45,332 bases of DNA, from positions 1 through 45,332 of the IMG/VR virus record IMGVR_UViG_3300029822_000020, one strand, 5' to 3'. Every line of letters begins with the position of its first letter. The stretch's first letter is position 1. This DNA comes from a virus (taxonomy: Duplodnaviria > Caudoviricetes). The notes beneath the pieces are model-generated. The model was not told the DNA's origin, did no database searches, and worked only from the letters and a program-made list of their open reading frames with translations. Both the position numbers and the translations under genes were made by a program. Shown here one piece after another: positions 45,145 through 45,332 of this stretch.

Positions 45145-45332
45145 GAACGGCTGTTCTGTTTTAAATTTGAAAAATTTCAAAATGTACTCACCTCAATACC
45201 GACAGGTACTGACTTTACTACATTTTTAAATTTTTGCTTTTACACTTACACATTTCCAAACACACATTTTCGGTACTATATTTAATACCTTACACGTTTA
45301 CACATTCCTGTATATTATACATTATAAATATA

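Noticed and set aside
1-45332. Window as a closed circular genome
   Set aside because: The ORF at the left edge lacks a start, and joining the right end supplies no RBS or start. No terminal repeat is visible, so some early-region sequence is probably missing.
43700-45332. CRISPR array, tRNA or att site in the non-coding region
   Set aside because: No regularly spaced repeats and no cloverleaf with a TTCG/CCA arm; no integrase is encoded in the window.

Overview
The window is a near-complete (~45 kb) genome of a tailed dsDNA phage with podovirus-type architecture. The host is probably a Bacillales species, judged from strong GGAGG/GGGGG RBSs, sigmaA-type promoters, an SPP1-type holin, an amidase-SPOR endolysin and Prp-type cleavage motifs. 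The + strand carries tandem early promoters near 44.0-44.2 kb and about 30 small early genes (0-9.5 kb), with YopX and an SNF2 helicase among them. These are followed by a Gp157/Sak4/SSB recombination module, a Zn-finger/TOPRIM primase fused to an MCM-like helicase, a family A DNA polymerase, a divergent ThyX-like protein, a RuvC-like resolvase and a dimeric dUTPase. The - strand (43.1 to 21.9 kb) carries terminase, portal, scaffold, N4-gp56-type capsid, adaptor/nozzle, ejection proteins, the lysis cassette and a tail fibre. The two arms meet at a bidirectional terminator near 21.88 kb. I saw no integrase, tRNA, CRISPR array, RNA polymerase or tape-measure gene, and the two window ends do not join in frame. 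The most notable observations are: (1) a TOPRIM-MCM fusion working with PolA; (2) a Tad2 anti-Thoeris sponge and candidate partner genes coupled inside the lysis operon, plus a second Tad2-like gene; (3) a candidate late sRNA between portal and scaffold with a C-rich loop complementary to the phage's own RBSs; (4) an rrn-like early control region with a long structured leader; (5) host-Prp cleavage motifs on both capsid and scaffold. All family assignments come from motif recognition only; no database searches were run.
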